Source: Candidatus Woesebacteria bacterium GW2011_GWB1_38_8b
Lineage (GTDB): Bacteria; Patescibacteriota; Microgenomatia; UBA8517
Assembly: GCA_000993115.1 (NCBI GenBank)
Contig: LBVN01000018.1
Location: 1-51,584, forward strand
Length of the DNA stretch: 51,584 nt
Direction of reading: 5' to 3'
Both the position numbers and the translations under genes were made by a program. Positions 1 to 10,597 of the stretch are shown here, one piece after another (the first letter of the stretch is position 1; each line of letters begins with the position of its first letter). The notes beneath the pieces were generated by a model. The model saw only the letters and a list, made by a program, of their open reading frames with translations. It was not told where the DNA came from and searched no databases.

Positions 1-165
1 AATATTTTGAGGGTTATTTAACTCACCCGCTATTTTATCCAATTTTTCCTGCGTCCTGGCAACTGCAATTATTTTTGCACCTTTTTCATTAAAAGCCTTG
101 CAGAGCTCATATCCAATTCCCCCCGTCGCACCCGTTATTAAAACAATTTTATCTTTTAAATTCAT
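1..165 (-). CDS. SDR-family (short-chain dehydrogenase/reductase) oxidoreductase, N-terminal part; runs off the window start
   Basis: Manual translation of the minus strand from ATG at 165: MNLKDKIVLITGATGGIGYELCKAFNEKGAKIIAVAR..., a TGxxxGIG Rossmann motif; not in the ORF track. Confidence 0.85.
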   Translation of the reverse strand, partial: MNLKDKIVLITGATGGIGYELCKAFNEKGAKIIAVARTQEKLDKIAGELNNPQNI

Positions 166-221
166 GTGCTTATAATTTACACCAAATTTACACTTAAAGC
201 ACTTACAAATCCTGTGTATGG

Positions 222-1118
222 TTACTTCAGTTTCGATTGATAATATTTGAAATAAGTGATTGGAAAATGAAGTGAGGAAAAAACTGACCACAAAAATCCT
301 TGCCTTCCATCCAAAATACCTTTATGCCTAAAGTAGAGCTTTAAAAAATTAACAGATGGCACAATAAATGAATATTTAAACAGATTCCAATTGGTTGCAG
401 GAATTTTTTTCGTCTCAAACTCTTTTGCCTGCAAATCCGTGTAGCGATTCATACGGTCCAAATACCTTTTTAAAGTAGGGGAGTCGTGGTGCTCCAAATC
501 GTTAAAAAGCCAACCGACTTCCCCATCAATTTCCATCAACTCATGAACCGATTTCGCTGGAAGTCTGGCTTTTCCGTTTTTAATAAGCCTTATTACCCCA
601 TCCGGGTAAACTCCCGCGTGGATTAAAGGTCTTCCTAAAAAGAAATTTCGTCGGGTGATAAAAAAGGCGACAACTTCGCCTGTTTTTTTGCCAAGGTGAC
701 CTTCCCTTTGCTCGATCAGTTTTTGGTGACGAAGAAATAATTTCAGGTGTTTGGAGGATAGTGTGTTGTGAACTGTGGAACTAGAAGAAAGCACCCTAGA
801 TTGATTTTCTTTATCTGAAAAATTAACAACTTCTTTAATTTCATCCGCCAGCTCTTTGGTCACACGCTCATCCGCATCAAGCTGCAAAACCCAATCCCCT
901 TTCGCCCTTTCAATAGCAAATTGTTTTGTTTCATGGAAATTGTTTTTATGAACAAAACTAAAAACTTTTGCGCCATGTTTTTTAGCGATTTCTACAGTTT
1001 TATCGCTAGAACCATCATCTACCACAATCATTTCATCGGCGATTTGTTTTACCGAATCCAAGCAAGCACCAATGTTTTCTTCTTCATTTTTAACTGCCAA
1101 GACAACTGATAATTTCAT
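222..1118 (-). CDS. GT2 family glycosyltransferase (KdtX/WcaA-like)
   Basis: KNEEENI, DDGSSDKT, LDADE (DxD) and VHE motifs; paralogous to 18831 and 20518 genes. Confidence 0.92.
   Translation of the reverse strand: MKLSVVLAVKNEEENIGACLDSVKQIADEMIVVDDGSSDKTVEIAKKHGAKVFSFVHKNNFHETKQFAIERAKGDWVLQLDADERVTKELADEIKEVVNFSDKENQSRVLSSSSTVHNTLSSKHLKLFLRHQKLIEQREGHLGKKTGEVVAFFITRRNFFLGRPLIHAGVYPDGVIRLIKNGKARLPAKSVHELMEIDGEVGWLFNDLEHHDSPTLKRYLDRMNRYTDLQAKEFETKKIPATNWNLFKYSFIVPSVNFLKLYFRHKGILDGRQGFLWSVFSSLHFPITYFKYYQSKLK
752..786 (-). repeat. Degenerate 5 x 7-nt array inside the GT2 CDS
   Basis: Coding strand TTCTAGT TCCACAG TTCACAA CACACTA TCCTCCA, encoding the Ser-rich segment SSSSTVHNTLSS. Confidence 0.4.
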
Positions 1119-1119
1119 A

Positions 1120-2391
1120 TTAATGCGATATTATTTTTGCAACTTTCTGTCCTAGTTCAACTGCATAGTTCGTTCCCCTGTCCCAAGGATACACCTGCTG
1201 AATATTGGCAAGGTATAACCCATCAATTGGTGTTTTAATACTGGGAATCTTGTTAGAGTAATTAAGAGGAACTATCGGTTGGGCAAAAAATGCTTTAAAA
1301 ATGTATGAGTCGATTATCCAGGATTTATTGAATTTCGGATTAATCTCACGAAGGGCGGGTAAAAATAGATTTACGAGTTCTGTCTCAGACTTAACAAAAT
1401 AATCATGTCCGGCAGGCAAGTAGTTGCCGATATAAATAATGTTTTCATTGTTGTAGTATTTTTTATCTACCAAGTTCGTGTGTTCAACAAGGGCCAAAAA
1501 CGGATACTTCCTGTTGTTAATATTGAGCCAGTAAGTTCCATCTTCAAAAAAGCTTTTGTTAAGAGATAAAACCAAAGTTACTGCCCCAAGACCTTCGAGT
1601 TTTTTTAAAGTGTTCAAGTAAACATCAGGAAGCCCTTTAGTTATTTTTGTGAAAATAGTTGTCGGTAGTGTGCAAATAACTTTATCAAATTCAAATCTGC
1701 TCTTATCGCTTAATCGCAAAGTAAATAATTCCTTTTTTTCTATTGATATCACTTGTTTTCTATACAAAACTACTCCTCCCAACTTTTGTATCTGTTCGGA
1801 CAAAGTTTGAGCAAGATCTTCAAAACCCCTTACCGGATACCCAAGTGACGCACTTCTTTTTTTGATCCTTGCCCAAAACCAAGAGGCAGGAATTTTATCT
1901 GCAAAATTACCAAATTTCCCAACGAATAATGGCTCCCACAATACTTTCCAGGCAGAATTTCCCATTGTACGAATTAAGTAATCTCTCGCAGTTAGAGTTT
2001 CCAAACTTTTCCAGTTGTTGGCCAGCTTCAAATATAACAACGACGCTCCGGCCCGTACCCGCGAAAAAAATGGTATGTGGGGAAATATTAATAAGCTAAG
2101 CGGTGAATCAAGTTGATAAATTTTGTTCCCTATCAAAATTGATGTTTTTGGACGGGAAAAATTTATTTCGTGATTTATTTCTTCGGCCAAAATTCTTATT
2201 GCATTGTCACTAACAAATAGATGGTGATAATGTTGTTCTATCGCCCACTCCCAATTCTTTGCACGAAAACCACCCGCCAATCCACCTGGTTTGTTTGCAG
2301 ACTCAAAAACTGTAACTTGGTGTCCTTTTTTTACAAGGACATATGCTGCCGACAATCCGGTAAATCCTGCACCAATAATTCCAATTTTCAT
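1120..2391 (-). CDS. FAD/NAD(P)-dependent oxidoreductase (COG1232/HemY-like fold), function unknown
   Basis: N-terminal GAGFTGL (GxGxxG), ESANKPGGLA, C-terminal YPWDRGTNYAV; start set at MKIGIIG (2391). Confidence 0.85.
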   Translation of the reverse strand: MKIGIIGAGFTGLSAAYVLVKKGHQVTVFESANKPGGLAGGFRAKNWEWAIEQHYHHLFVSDNAIRILAEEINHEINFSRPKTSILIGNKIYQLDSPLSLLIFPHIPFFSRVRAGASLLYLKLANNWKSLETLTARDYLIRTMGNSAWKVLWEPLFVGKFGNFADKIPASWFWARIKKRSASLGYPVRGFEDLAQTLSEQIQKLGGVVLYRKQVISIEKKELFTLRLSDKSRFEFDKVICTLPTTIFTKITKGLPDVYLNTLKKLEGLGAVTLVLSLNKSFFEDGTYWLNINNRKYPFLALVEHTNLVDKKYYNNENIIYIGNYLPAGHDYFVKSETELVNLFLPALREINPKFNKSWIIDSYIFKAFFAQPIVPLNYSNKIPSIKTPIDGLYLANIQQVYPWDRGTNYAVELGQKVAKIISH

Positions 2392-2423
2392 ATTTATAGA
2401 CTTTGACAAGTATGACTCAATCG

Positions 2424-4068
2424 TTAATTTGCGACAACTTCAAAATACAATTGTCCATTGCTACCATAAATACGCTTAATTATATTTGCTTCGTTCGGAA
2501 TTTCGCCGTCAGTTCCGGCTAATAAATAATTTGGATATTTTCCTTTGTCGCGATCAAAGTTAATACTACTGAATTCATATTTATCAAAAGCTGGGACTGT
2601 CGAAAAACCAAACCTGTCCCGGCCTAAAAGTACATGGTTATTTTGAAATTTTTCCGGAGGATATTTTAGGTAAAACAAAAATAAAATATATGGCTGGTCG
2701 TACCTGTCTGTAACTAAGACTTTCTTATCGCTACCTATACTTACTAAAAAGCTTGCAAGCTCTTTTACTCCGTATTGTGATGAATATTTATACTCTTTCG
2801 ACATATGCACCCAATACATATGCTCATAACGTACAAATTGTAAAACTATAACTGAGGTTATTAGAATACAGATCCCATATAGAGTATATTTATTCTTCAA
2901 TGTTTTTAAAAACCATGAAAGCATCTGTGAAATACCTATTGCACAAATTATTATGAGCGGAATCACCATATTTTGTGAACGAAGTGCGTGAGGAGATTGA
3001 AAAGTGAGTGCAGCAGCAGCTGGTGCAATCACTAACCACCATAAAAGAAGTTTTGTTTCTTTATTTAAATTTCTAATAAACCAACACAAACCAATAATTA
3101 ACCAAAAGAAGTCTAAAATATACATCTGACCTGTTTCCGGTACCCTGTTTCGTTCAATCACATCTCCCGATAAAAACAAGAACTCTCCATGGAAATGTTT
3201 TACCCAATTATCCAAGAAAGCCAAGCCATAATTTACCGGTTTATTATGATAAAGTTTTGCAATTAAACCGTTGTATTTATCATGCTCTCCTCTTTGTTCA
3301 TTGACACGCGAGAGTGGACCCGGATCGGCAAATAAACCAACACCAACAGCCCTGGAAGCTACATCGCCTTTGATAAAATCATTTGCCAATGGCAGGAGCA
3401 TGAATAAACAAAGTACCAAAACCCAAATTATTTTTTTAAGGTTTATCTTAATTGTGTCAAAATAGATGATAAAAATACCTAATCCCAGAAGGGGAACAAC
3501 GATTCGTGCAGCATGGTAAGTATAGAGTGATATTACAAAAAACATTCCGCTTAATATTAGATTGAATATCTTTTTGTTATCCCTAAATTGTAAAAAAAAC
3601 AATAGTCCTGCCATGATAAAGAAGGTTGCCGTATTTACTTCCCAACCTCCACGGCTAAAGTGTATATGCCAAGGAGAAATGGCAAGCATAAATGAAGCAA
3701 TAATTCCAAACTCTTTATTTGGATAAAGTTTCTCAACCAGCAAATATATTAAATACACGCAAAGTGCTCCCAATATTGCATTCGGAAGTCTAACTGACCA
3801 CTCATTAAGTCCGAAGAATTTAACGAAAGGTAAAACAATATAAAAATAAAGCCCTGGTTTATAATCGTTAAATGACTGAAAATGTATTGGCCAAGGATTT
3901 CCGTGTTCATCCTTACCTGTTTCTAAAAGCGAATATGCATTATATCCAATTGCTAATTGCTGCTTCGTCAGCATTAAAGGAGGGATAACTTCCCAACTTC
4001 CATAATCGAAGTGTGCCAGCCAAAATTATTATGAGGGTTAATATAACAAATTTGATTTTATTACTCAT
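2424..4068 (-). pseudogene. PMT/ArnT-like GT-C glycosyltransferase, frameshifted by a 7-bp tandem duplication
   Basis: ATG at 4068 reads MSNKIKFVILTLIIILAGTLRLWKLGSYPSFNADEAAI and then stops; ORF 2424-3974 continues AIGYNAYSLLETG. Removing one AATTGCT copy gives 1638 bp (546 codons). Confidence 0.85.
3948..3961 (+). repeat. 7-bp perfect tandem duplication (AATTGCT x2)
   Basis: Read directly at 3948-3954 and 3955-3961. Confidence 0.95.
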
Positions 4069-5738
4069 ATTTTCGATTCTAAAACTTTATAAATTACGTC
4101 CCCGTTTGGGTATTTAATATCTTTTATCAAATTGTAATCGTTTGGGTTATACGAAGTAATCACAACCGGCGTTCCTACAACCAAAGTTTTCGTTTTTAGT
4201 GGGATTGGCCAACTAAAAAAAGAAAAGGCGATGTTGTCAAGATTATCAACCAAACCAACGTCGGGTCCTAAGTAATTAGTAAGTTTTGCCTGGTCTTGAT
4301 ATTTTTTGGGATCATACTTTTCGTAAAAAAGAAAATAAATATATGGTTGCGCATAAGATTGTTGAATTATTACCTGCGAATAATTGTTTCTGATAGGCGA
4401 AACAGTTTGAACAATTTGTTTCATTCCATATTCCCAATATTTTGCATTATGAGTCGGTACATGAACAAGATATGAGTCTAAATAATACAAAAATGAGGCT
4501 GAGAAAATCGCTATAACCACAAACATCAATGGTATTTTAAATATAGGATGTTTGATTGTATTTACAAATTCAATTAAGTAAACTATACCAAAAGCAGAAA
4601 TTATAACAAATGGCACAAGCATGTTGTATGATCGAACTGCCTGCACAGCATCACGCGACATCGCAGCAGGGAGTGGTGCAAGTAACAACCAAAGCAATAT
4701 AAATTTCCCAATATTTTTATAATTTGTTCTGATTAGACCCATAACGCCCAACGGTAACAAAAGTAAATCAAATAATAATAATGTTCCATGATTAGGTGGA
4801 GTGTGACGCGGATTTGCCCAATCGCCTTCGAAGAATAAAAACCTTCCGGAGAGATGATTAAACCATCGTCCCATTACTCCACGAGTAAAATTAAGAGTTT
4901 CAGAATGAAATAAATAATAACTTAATGTACCGTATTTTTCACTTCCTTCATCAAGAAAGTTCTGCAGATAGTCGCGTGGTCTTGGATATGAGAAAACACT
5001 AAACACTTCAAGTCTACCTGCAGCACCAGTAAAAATACTAAATATTATCGGAGTTGAAATTAATAAGCCAAGAATTAGTGACTTAACAACATCAATTTTA
5101 TCCGTTTTTATAATCTCGATAATCTCTTTGTAAAAAGCAACGCAAAGACAAAGTACAACAATTGCTGTTGATAATTTTGCCCCCTGGTACGTTAATAGTG
5201 TCGCTGCAAAAGCAATCACAGAAATTTTCAGATATTTAATTTGTGTGAGCGACTGCAGAAAATAATATATTCCGAGAAGTGTCAGAGTTAAGGCAACATT
5301 TACTTCCCAAGCCCCTCTTGAAAATTGTATATGCCAAGGTGATATTGCAAGTAAAAAAGCCGACCAAATCCCTAACTCTTTTTTATTTGTCAACTTATAT
5401 AAAATTAAATATAGCAAAAATACACTAAATACTCCCGAAAGGGCAGAAGGTAGTCGAACTGACCATTCGTTAAGCCCAAAAACTGCGACAAAGGGAGCGG
5501 TTAAATAAACGTAAAATCCGGGTTTATAATCACCAAACGATTTAAAAATTACGGGAAGGAATTTTCCGTACTCGTCTCTACCTGTTTTTAAAATCGAATA
5601 CGCGTTATATCCGAGCGCCGCTTCATCGGGAGTTAGTCCTGGGGGGATTTTGTTTAAATTCCAAATTCTCAAAAACGCTGACAAAACAATTATCAAAAGC
5701 AGTATTATATTGATTTTTGATTTCATTTTATTAAACAT
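4065..5738 (-). CDS. PMT/ArnT-like GT-C membrane glycosyltransferase
   Basis: FLRIW..PPGLTPDEAALGYNAYSILKTGRDEYG, SVRLPSA, SPWHIQFSRGAWE motifs; many TM segments; start at MFNKMK just after the upstream stop. Confidence 0.88.
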   Translation of the reverse strand: MFNKMKSKINIILLLIIVLSAFLRIWNLNKIPPGLTPDEAALGYNAYSILKTGRDEYGKFLPVIFKSFGDYKPGFYVYLTAPFVAVFGLNEWSVRLPSALSGVFSVFLLYLILYKLTNKKELGIWSAFLLAISPWHIQFSRGAWEVNVALTLTLLGIYYFLQSLTQIKYLKISVIAFAATLLTYQGAKLSTAIVVLCLCVAFYKEIIEIIKTDKIDVVKSLILGLLISTPIIFSIFTGAAGRLEVFSVFSYPRPRDYLQNFLDEGSEKYGTLSYYLFHSETLNFTRGVMGRWFNHLSGRFLFFEGDWANPRHTPPNHGTLLLFDLLLLPLGVMGLIRTNYKNIGKFILLWLLLAPLPAAMSRDAVQAVRSYNMLVPFVIISAFGIVYLIEFVNTIKHPIFKIPLMFVVIAIFSASFLYYLDSYLVHVPTHNAKYWEYGMKQIVQTVSPIRNNYSQVIIQQSYAQPYIYFLFYEKYDPKKYQDQAKLTNYLGPDVGLVDNLDNIAFSFFSWPIPLKTKTLVVGTPVVITSYNPNDYNLIKDIKYPNGDVIYKVLESKI

Positions 5739-5739
5739 G

Positions 5740-7491
5740 CTAAATATTTGAGTAAATCGTAAACGCGGTTGTTCCGTCCAGATAAACAATTTCTTTAAGC
5801 TTGTTCCAAGTCTTTGGAACGCTATCTGAATCTGAAAACAATAAGCATTTTTGGGTTGTGCAGTCAGTTAACGCACCTTTCTCTGTTACAAAAGGTTGCC
5901 ACTCTTCGGTTGGAATGTCCCACTCATTTACAAAAATAAATTTATAAAAGGAATCCACCCAATTCCATTCAGACTGATTATAACGTACTAAACCCGGGTC
6001 ATTAATATACTTTGCAGGATCCCACTTAAGATAAAATAGCAAAAACTCGTGAGGCTCTCCATATTTTTTGGTAAATATAATTTTGTCATAATTATGATAA
6101 TTTCCCTGAATATAGTCAGTGGCTTCTCTGTATCCGTATTGCCAACTCCATGAGTAATTTTGTCTATACTCGTTGAAATATTTTGTCATATATTTGCTCG
6201 CAGAGATGATAAGTAAAATGAGGAAAGCAAAATATAAAGCTTTCTTTGTTGATATCCACCAACCCGCCAACCAGCTTATACTCATTTTCTCGCCAAGAGT
6301 ATTATGTGACCATTCAATAAATATTACCAAACCAACAGAAGTCAAAATCATAGGAACCGGAAGCAAGGTAATTGTACGAAGTACATGAGGAGCCTCGCGG
6401 GTTAAACTACCTGCTATCGGAGCAAGGAAAATCCACAATAATATCAAACGGGATTTTTTAAAGTTCTTTAGAATAAAGAGTAAGCCCAATAACAAAAATG
6501 GTAAATCGATTAAATATAACAATCCGGTTTTCGGAATACTAAATTGATAATTATCCCCTCCTTCTATAAATAAAAACTTAGGGGAGTATGTTGATACCCA
6601 ATTTTTGGCAAATTGCATTGAAACGTAAGAATATTTATTAATAATCAGCCGTTCGATATTGGGATTGAAATTAAAATTTTGTCTCGCTGCGACAATTTTC
6701 CCAATAGCCCCTTCGTCAATAATTGAAACTTTTGAGAATCGGGCGGTTCCGGATGATTGTAAAAGCTGTATAAGCATGGGAACAAATAAAACTGTGACAA
6801 TTAATGTTGAAGCAAACGCAATAGTTTTATTGTTTTGCATTACATTAATAAACTTCTGTCTATACATTATTAATATTGAAATCAGCATTAGTGGTGTAAA
6901 AATCCGATTCGAATTATAAGTCCATACAGAAAGACCCAATAAAAGTAGCGAAAGAGGTAAATACTTGTACTTTTCCGACGATTTCAGGAGTAAATAATAT
7001 CCGGTTACAAAAAATGCCAAAGCCAAATTTGCTTCAAAAGCAGGTCTCGACAGAAACAAGCTCCATGGCTCAACTGCCACTAATAATGATGACAACAATC
7101 CCACAAAAACCAAAGAAGTCGCGTTTTTAAAAACACCTCGTAACAATTCTTTTGACAAAAAAAAGGAAATAATTATTGTTATTGTTCCCGCAATAACACT
7201 TGGTAGTCTCACAGCAAATCCATTGAGGCCAAAAAACAGCTCTGATAGTGAGGTTAAATATATATAAACGGGTAGTTTGTAATCACCGTAAGCTTTAAAT
7301 ATTATCGGAAATTTAACCCCCCATTCGTCAGCACCTGTTTTAAGAATTGCGTAAGCATTATACCCATGACTTATTTCATCCCAATTAAGACTTGGTGGAT
7401 TATCGGATAGCTTATAAATACGAAGACAAAATCCAAAAAGTGAAATTAAAAATAGTATAACCAGTGGGTTAATCTTTTGATTCTTTAGCAT
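5740..7491 (-). CDS. PMT/ArnT-like GT-C membrane glycosyltransferase
   Basis: LNWDEISHGYNAYAILKTGADEWG, AVRLPS, EPWSLFLSRPAFE motifs; start at MLKNQK. Confidence 0.88.
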   Translation of the reverse strand: MLKNQKINPLVILFLISLFGFCLRIYKLSDNPPSLNWDEISHGYNAYAILKTGADEWGVKFPIIFKAYGDYKLPVYIYLTSLSELFFGLNGFAVRLPSVIAGTITIIISFFLSKELLRGVFKNATSLVFVGLLSSLLVAVEPWSLFLSRPAFEANLALAFFVTGYYLLLKSSEKYKYLPLSLLLLGLSVWTYNSNRIFTPLMLISILIMYRQKFINVMQNNKTIAFASTLIVTVLFVPMLIQLLQSSGTARFSKVSIIDEGAIGKIVAARQNFNFNPNIERLIINKYSYVSMQFAKNWVSTYSPKFLFIEGGDNYQFSIPKTGLLYLIDLPFLLLGLLFILKNFKKSRLILLWIFLAPIAGSLTREAPHVLRTITLLPVPMILTSVGLVIFIEWSHNTLGEKMSISWLAGWWISTKKALYFAFLILLIISASKYMTKYFNEYRQNYSWSWQYGYREATDYIQGNYHNYDKIIFTKKYGEPHEFLLFYLKWDPAKYINDPGLVRYNQSEWNWVDSFYKFIFVNEWDIPTEEWQPFVTEKGALTDCTTQKCLLFSDSDSVPKTWNKLKEIVYLDGTTAFTIYSNI

Positions 7492-9184
7492 AATAGGACG
7501 ACCCTGTGTCGACAATATAAATTAAGTCTTCCCCGCTGGGTGTCGCAAATTTCTTTATGGGTATTATGTTTTCGGGAAATTCCTCTGGTTTTCCGATTAA
7601 AATTACATCTTTTCCCTTCCATTCTTCATAATAAATATTTTTAAATAAATAATTACCTAGACGATATTCTCCCATTTGATCTACCCAACCTAATCCCTTT
7701 TCTTTAAAATTCCAATTCTTCGAATTAAGCTGATAATCTTTAGGATTGGTCTTGTTCACAAACGCCACGTAAATATGTGGCTCTGATAATTTCCTACTCA
7801 CAACGATTTGCCCATCATAACCAGCCACATATTTAAGACTTTCTAAATTTCCGGAAAGCATATCTTTAGCGATTTTACTTGGTGCTACAAAAAAATAGTT
7901 TTCCAAAAAGGAGACTACAAATACTGTAGAAAGTAGTGCGTAAAACAGAATAAAATATTTTTGATCTAGTTTAAATTTTACAAAATCTACTTTTAATTTC
8001 GACAATTCATAGGCTCCGATTGCCAAAAATAGATATACAGAAGGAAGCATCACCACTGCCCTATTTGCTGCAAATCCTGGTCCGATTGCAAGAGAAGCCG
8101 GGATAGGGGATACTAAAAACCAAAAAACAAATAGCCCCATCGATTTCCCAATCTTTTGTTTTACCAAAAATCGTAGAAATAGTATCAAAAGCGGCAGTTC
8201 AAACCAATAAAGCACTCCCCGATCATCGGACATTCCGTAAGTCTTCTCCCCTGCCCCCCGCACAAAAAGAAATTGCGGAGAAAGATAACTCAAATAATTC
8301 GAGGTACCTGTCTTCCCGAAAACCTGATATTTATTATGAAACGCTCTTGCTATCGCATCGGGTAAGCCATTATTGTAGGCACGGATTCGCTCAACCGAGG
8401 CTTGATTAAGAGATAATTTATAGATTGATACATCTGCCAGCCTTGCTCCGGCGCCTTGTAAAAATGTATAAGCCGTAAGAAGCAAAAAAACCAAAAATAT
8501 AAAGACAGATTTTGCTAACGTCTTTTTATCTCTAATCACGTCTTTGAAAAAAATCAAAGCAAGTGCCGCCATAACTAAACCTGTAACTAGTTTTGCTGAA
8601 TGATAAGTAAATAAATTCAAACCAAACCCCAACGAAGACAAATATAAAAAGTTAGGTTTTTTTGAGTTTAAATATTTAAAAAACAAGAAGAGAGAAAGAG
8701 GAATAAAAAATGTGGTTAGATTCGCTTCGAATGCTCCCCTACTCATTGCTATATGCCACGGCGAAATTGAAAACAAAATTGCCCCCAGCGTTGCTACAAA
8801 TTCTTTTTTGGATTTAAAGTCTGCCCTAAACCAAGAGTTGCCGCTTCTTTCTTCATAATCAAATACTTCTTTTATTAAAAAATAAAAAACCAGTACAGCA
8901 AATGAGCCTAAAATCGCATTCGGGAGTCGCACAGAGGTGGGATTTAATCCATTTATCCAGACAAACGGTATTGCAAGATAAGAATAAAGCGGCGCCTTAT
9001 AATCTCCAAAAGACTCTAAAACCAGTGGAAACTTCTTACCCCACTGATCAGCACCTGTTTTTAATATCGTGTATGCATCATACCCGAAAGAGGCTTCATC
9101 GGGATTAAACCCAATCGGGGCTTTGGAAATCTGTATTGTTCTTAGAAACAAAGCCAGAATAAATACGAGGATTATTCTTTTCAC
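7469..9184 (-). CDS. PMT/ArnT-like GT-C membrane glycosyltransferase
   Basis: FNPDEASFGYDAYTILKTGADQWG, SVRLPNA, SPWHIAMSRGAFE motifs; GTG start. Confidence 0.88.
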   Translation of the reverse strand: MKRIILVFILALFLRTIQISKAPIGFNPDEASFGYDAYTILKTGADQWGKKFPLVLESFGDYKAPLYSYLAIPFVWINGLNPTSVRLPNAILGSFAVLVFYFLIKEVFDYEERSGNSWFRADFKSKKEFVATLGAILFSISPWHIAMSRGAFEANLTTFFIPLSLFLFFKYLNSKKPNFLYLSSLGFGLNLFTYHSAKLVTGLVMAALALIFFKDVIRDKKTLAKSVFIFLVFLLLTAYTFLQGAGARLADVSIYKLSLNQASVERIRAYNNGLPDAIARAFHNKYQVFGKTGTSNYLSYLSPQFLFVRGAGEKTYGMSDDRGVLYWFELPLLILFLRFLVKQKIGKSMGLFVFWFLVSPIPASLAIGPGFAANRAVVMLPSVYLFLAIGAYELSKLKVDFVKFKLDQKYFILFYALLSTVFVVSFLENYFFVAPSKIAKDMLSGNLESLKYVAGYDGQIVVSRKLSEPHIYVAFVNKTNPKDYQLNSKNWNFKEKGLGWVDQMGEYRLGNYLFKNIYYEEWKGKDVILIGKPEEFPENIIPIKKFATPSGEDLIYIVDTGSSYYAKESKD

Positions 9185-9190
9185 AAGATA

Positions 9191-9199
9191 ATTATAGCA
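9191..9199 (-). promoter_or_regulatory. Extended -10 element (TGcTATAAT) 6 nt upstream of the GTG at 9184; probable leaderless promoter
   Basis: Minus strand TTGC-TATAAT-TATCTT-GTG; no SD-like motif. Confidence 0.6.
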
Positions 9200-9285
9200 A
9201 TTTCAAACCAATATGTCGTTCCCTCTTTCGTTATGAAATTGATATATAGTTACAATCGCTTCAAAGCAGGGGTTTTAAGTCTATG

Positions 9286-10596
9286 TCAATTTTTCTTCAA
9301 CAATTTGCGAGTGATGTTTGTTTTTGACAAAAAATACCAAAGCAGTCCAACAAAAGCCAATAAATTTACTACTGATAACACTTTAGGAACAAACTCGGTC
9401 TCAAGCAAACTTCGAATTAAAGGAAGTTCAGGAATCCAGAAAAGGTTAAACATGTTAAGAAGAAATGTTGCAGAAAGTATGGCATAGATGTAAATTAGCT
9501 TCGGATAGTAAAGTAATAAAATTGTCGCCACAGGGAAGAAAGGATACATGTATCGCTCATGAATTCGTGTCATAAACAAAAATGCACTGATGGCAGTAAT
9601 TGCGAGAGAAAATACAATGTTGGCGTTCGTGGTATTCCTAAAAGACTTATACGAAACCAAAATCGTGCTGACTACAAAAATCAGTACACCCCAAATTCGG
9701 TAAGGAACCCTCATAAAAACATTTGAATCGAGATATTTTCCCGGGTTTATCAGCCACCAAAAATTGAAAGCGTTTGCCGTTAAGTAACCAATTTCCCCAG
9801 GGATAAACCTTGTTGAATAGAGGTTAAATAACCAGGAAAACAAGTCAATCCCGGGGTGAAACCAAAGGGAAACTAAAACTACAGTAAATGAAGCATAAAT
9901 GAAAGTATTTAACCAAACCTTAAGACTGTACTTTTGTAAAAGTGCAACCAAGAATAAAAATGGTACAAAAATTGCCAATGAACCTTTAAACAAAAGCGAT
10001 AAAGTAAATAACACTCCAAATTTCGTTAATTTTTTATTTAGAAGAGAAAATATTGCGGCTAACCCCAATAAATTTACAATCGGATCCGTTTGCCCCCAAA
10101 CAGAGCTGTTATACCATGAAATAGGGTTGAACAACCAAAGAATTGTCAGAAGCATTACTGATTTTTTGTTATGGCTTTTTTCTAGTAAACCATCTTTTAG
10201 GAAACGGTATATCACCCAACCAATACCTAAATCAGCCAAAAGGCTAGGAAGTTTAATCAAAATTATCATCCCCCATTTTCCCCAAAACCAAACGAAAGGA
10301 GACGGAAATATTCCTATATTATTATTTAAAAACCATACCAGATCCGTTATTATTTTCCACAAATAAGAAATTGCATAAAATAAAAGTATTGTTAAGGGTG
10401 GCTGATTCGGAGCTGAGAAAGGCCAGTTACCGCTTTCGTAAAACCCGCGCAAACCCCTCTCTAGCGAAAGAAGCCCCCATGATATATTGTTATTCAAATC
10501 CCCATGATACCCAACAAAAATCATACAAATTCGCAAAAATAGTGCTGTGACAAAAACAACTAGAATCAGCTTATGTTCTCGAAATAATTTTTTCAT
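9286..10596 (-). CDS. GT-C membrane glycosyltransferase (GT87/PIG-M/ALG6-like mannosyltransferase type)
   Basis: YHGDL, PNQPPL, KLPSLLAD, WGQTD, NAFNFW, RIHERY motifs; polytopic. Confidence 0.75.
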   Translation of the reverse strand: MKKLFREHKLILVVFVTALFLRICMIFVGYHGDLNNNISWGLLSLERGLRGFYESGNWPFSAPNQPPLTILLFYAISYLWKIITDLVWFLNNNIGIFPSPFVWFWGKWGMIILIKLPSLLADLGIGWVIYRFLKDGLLEKSHNKKSVMLLTILWLFNPISWYNSSVWGQTDPIVNLLGLAAIFSLLNKKLTKFGVLFTLSLLFKGSLAIFVPFLFLVALLQKYSLKVWLNTFIYASFTVVLVSLWFHPGIDLFSWLFNLYSTRFIPGEIGYLTANAFNFWWLINPGKYLDSNVFMRVPYRIWGVLIFVVSTILVSYKSFRNTTNANIVFSLAITAISAFLFMTRIHERYMYPFFPVATILLLYYPKLIYIYAILSATFLLNMFNLFWIPELPLIRSLLETEFVPKVLSVVNLLAFVGLLWYFLSKTNITRKLLKKN

Positions 10597-10597
10597 T

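Noticed and set aside
174-193. AATTTACAC direct repeat with an 11-bp period upstream of the SDR gene
   Set aside because: Two short AT-rich copies only; TAAATTTACAC at 49146 is similar but insufficient to define a motif
1120-2391. hemY/hemG (protoporphyrinogen oxidase) call
   Set aside because: Only the fold-level FAD motif is shared; no heme pathway context
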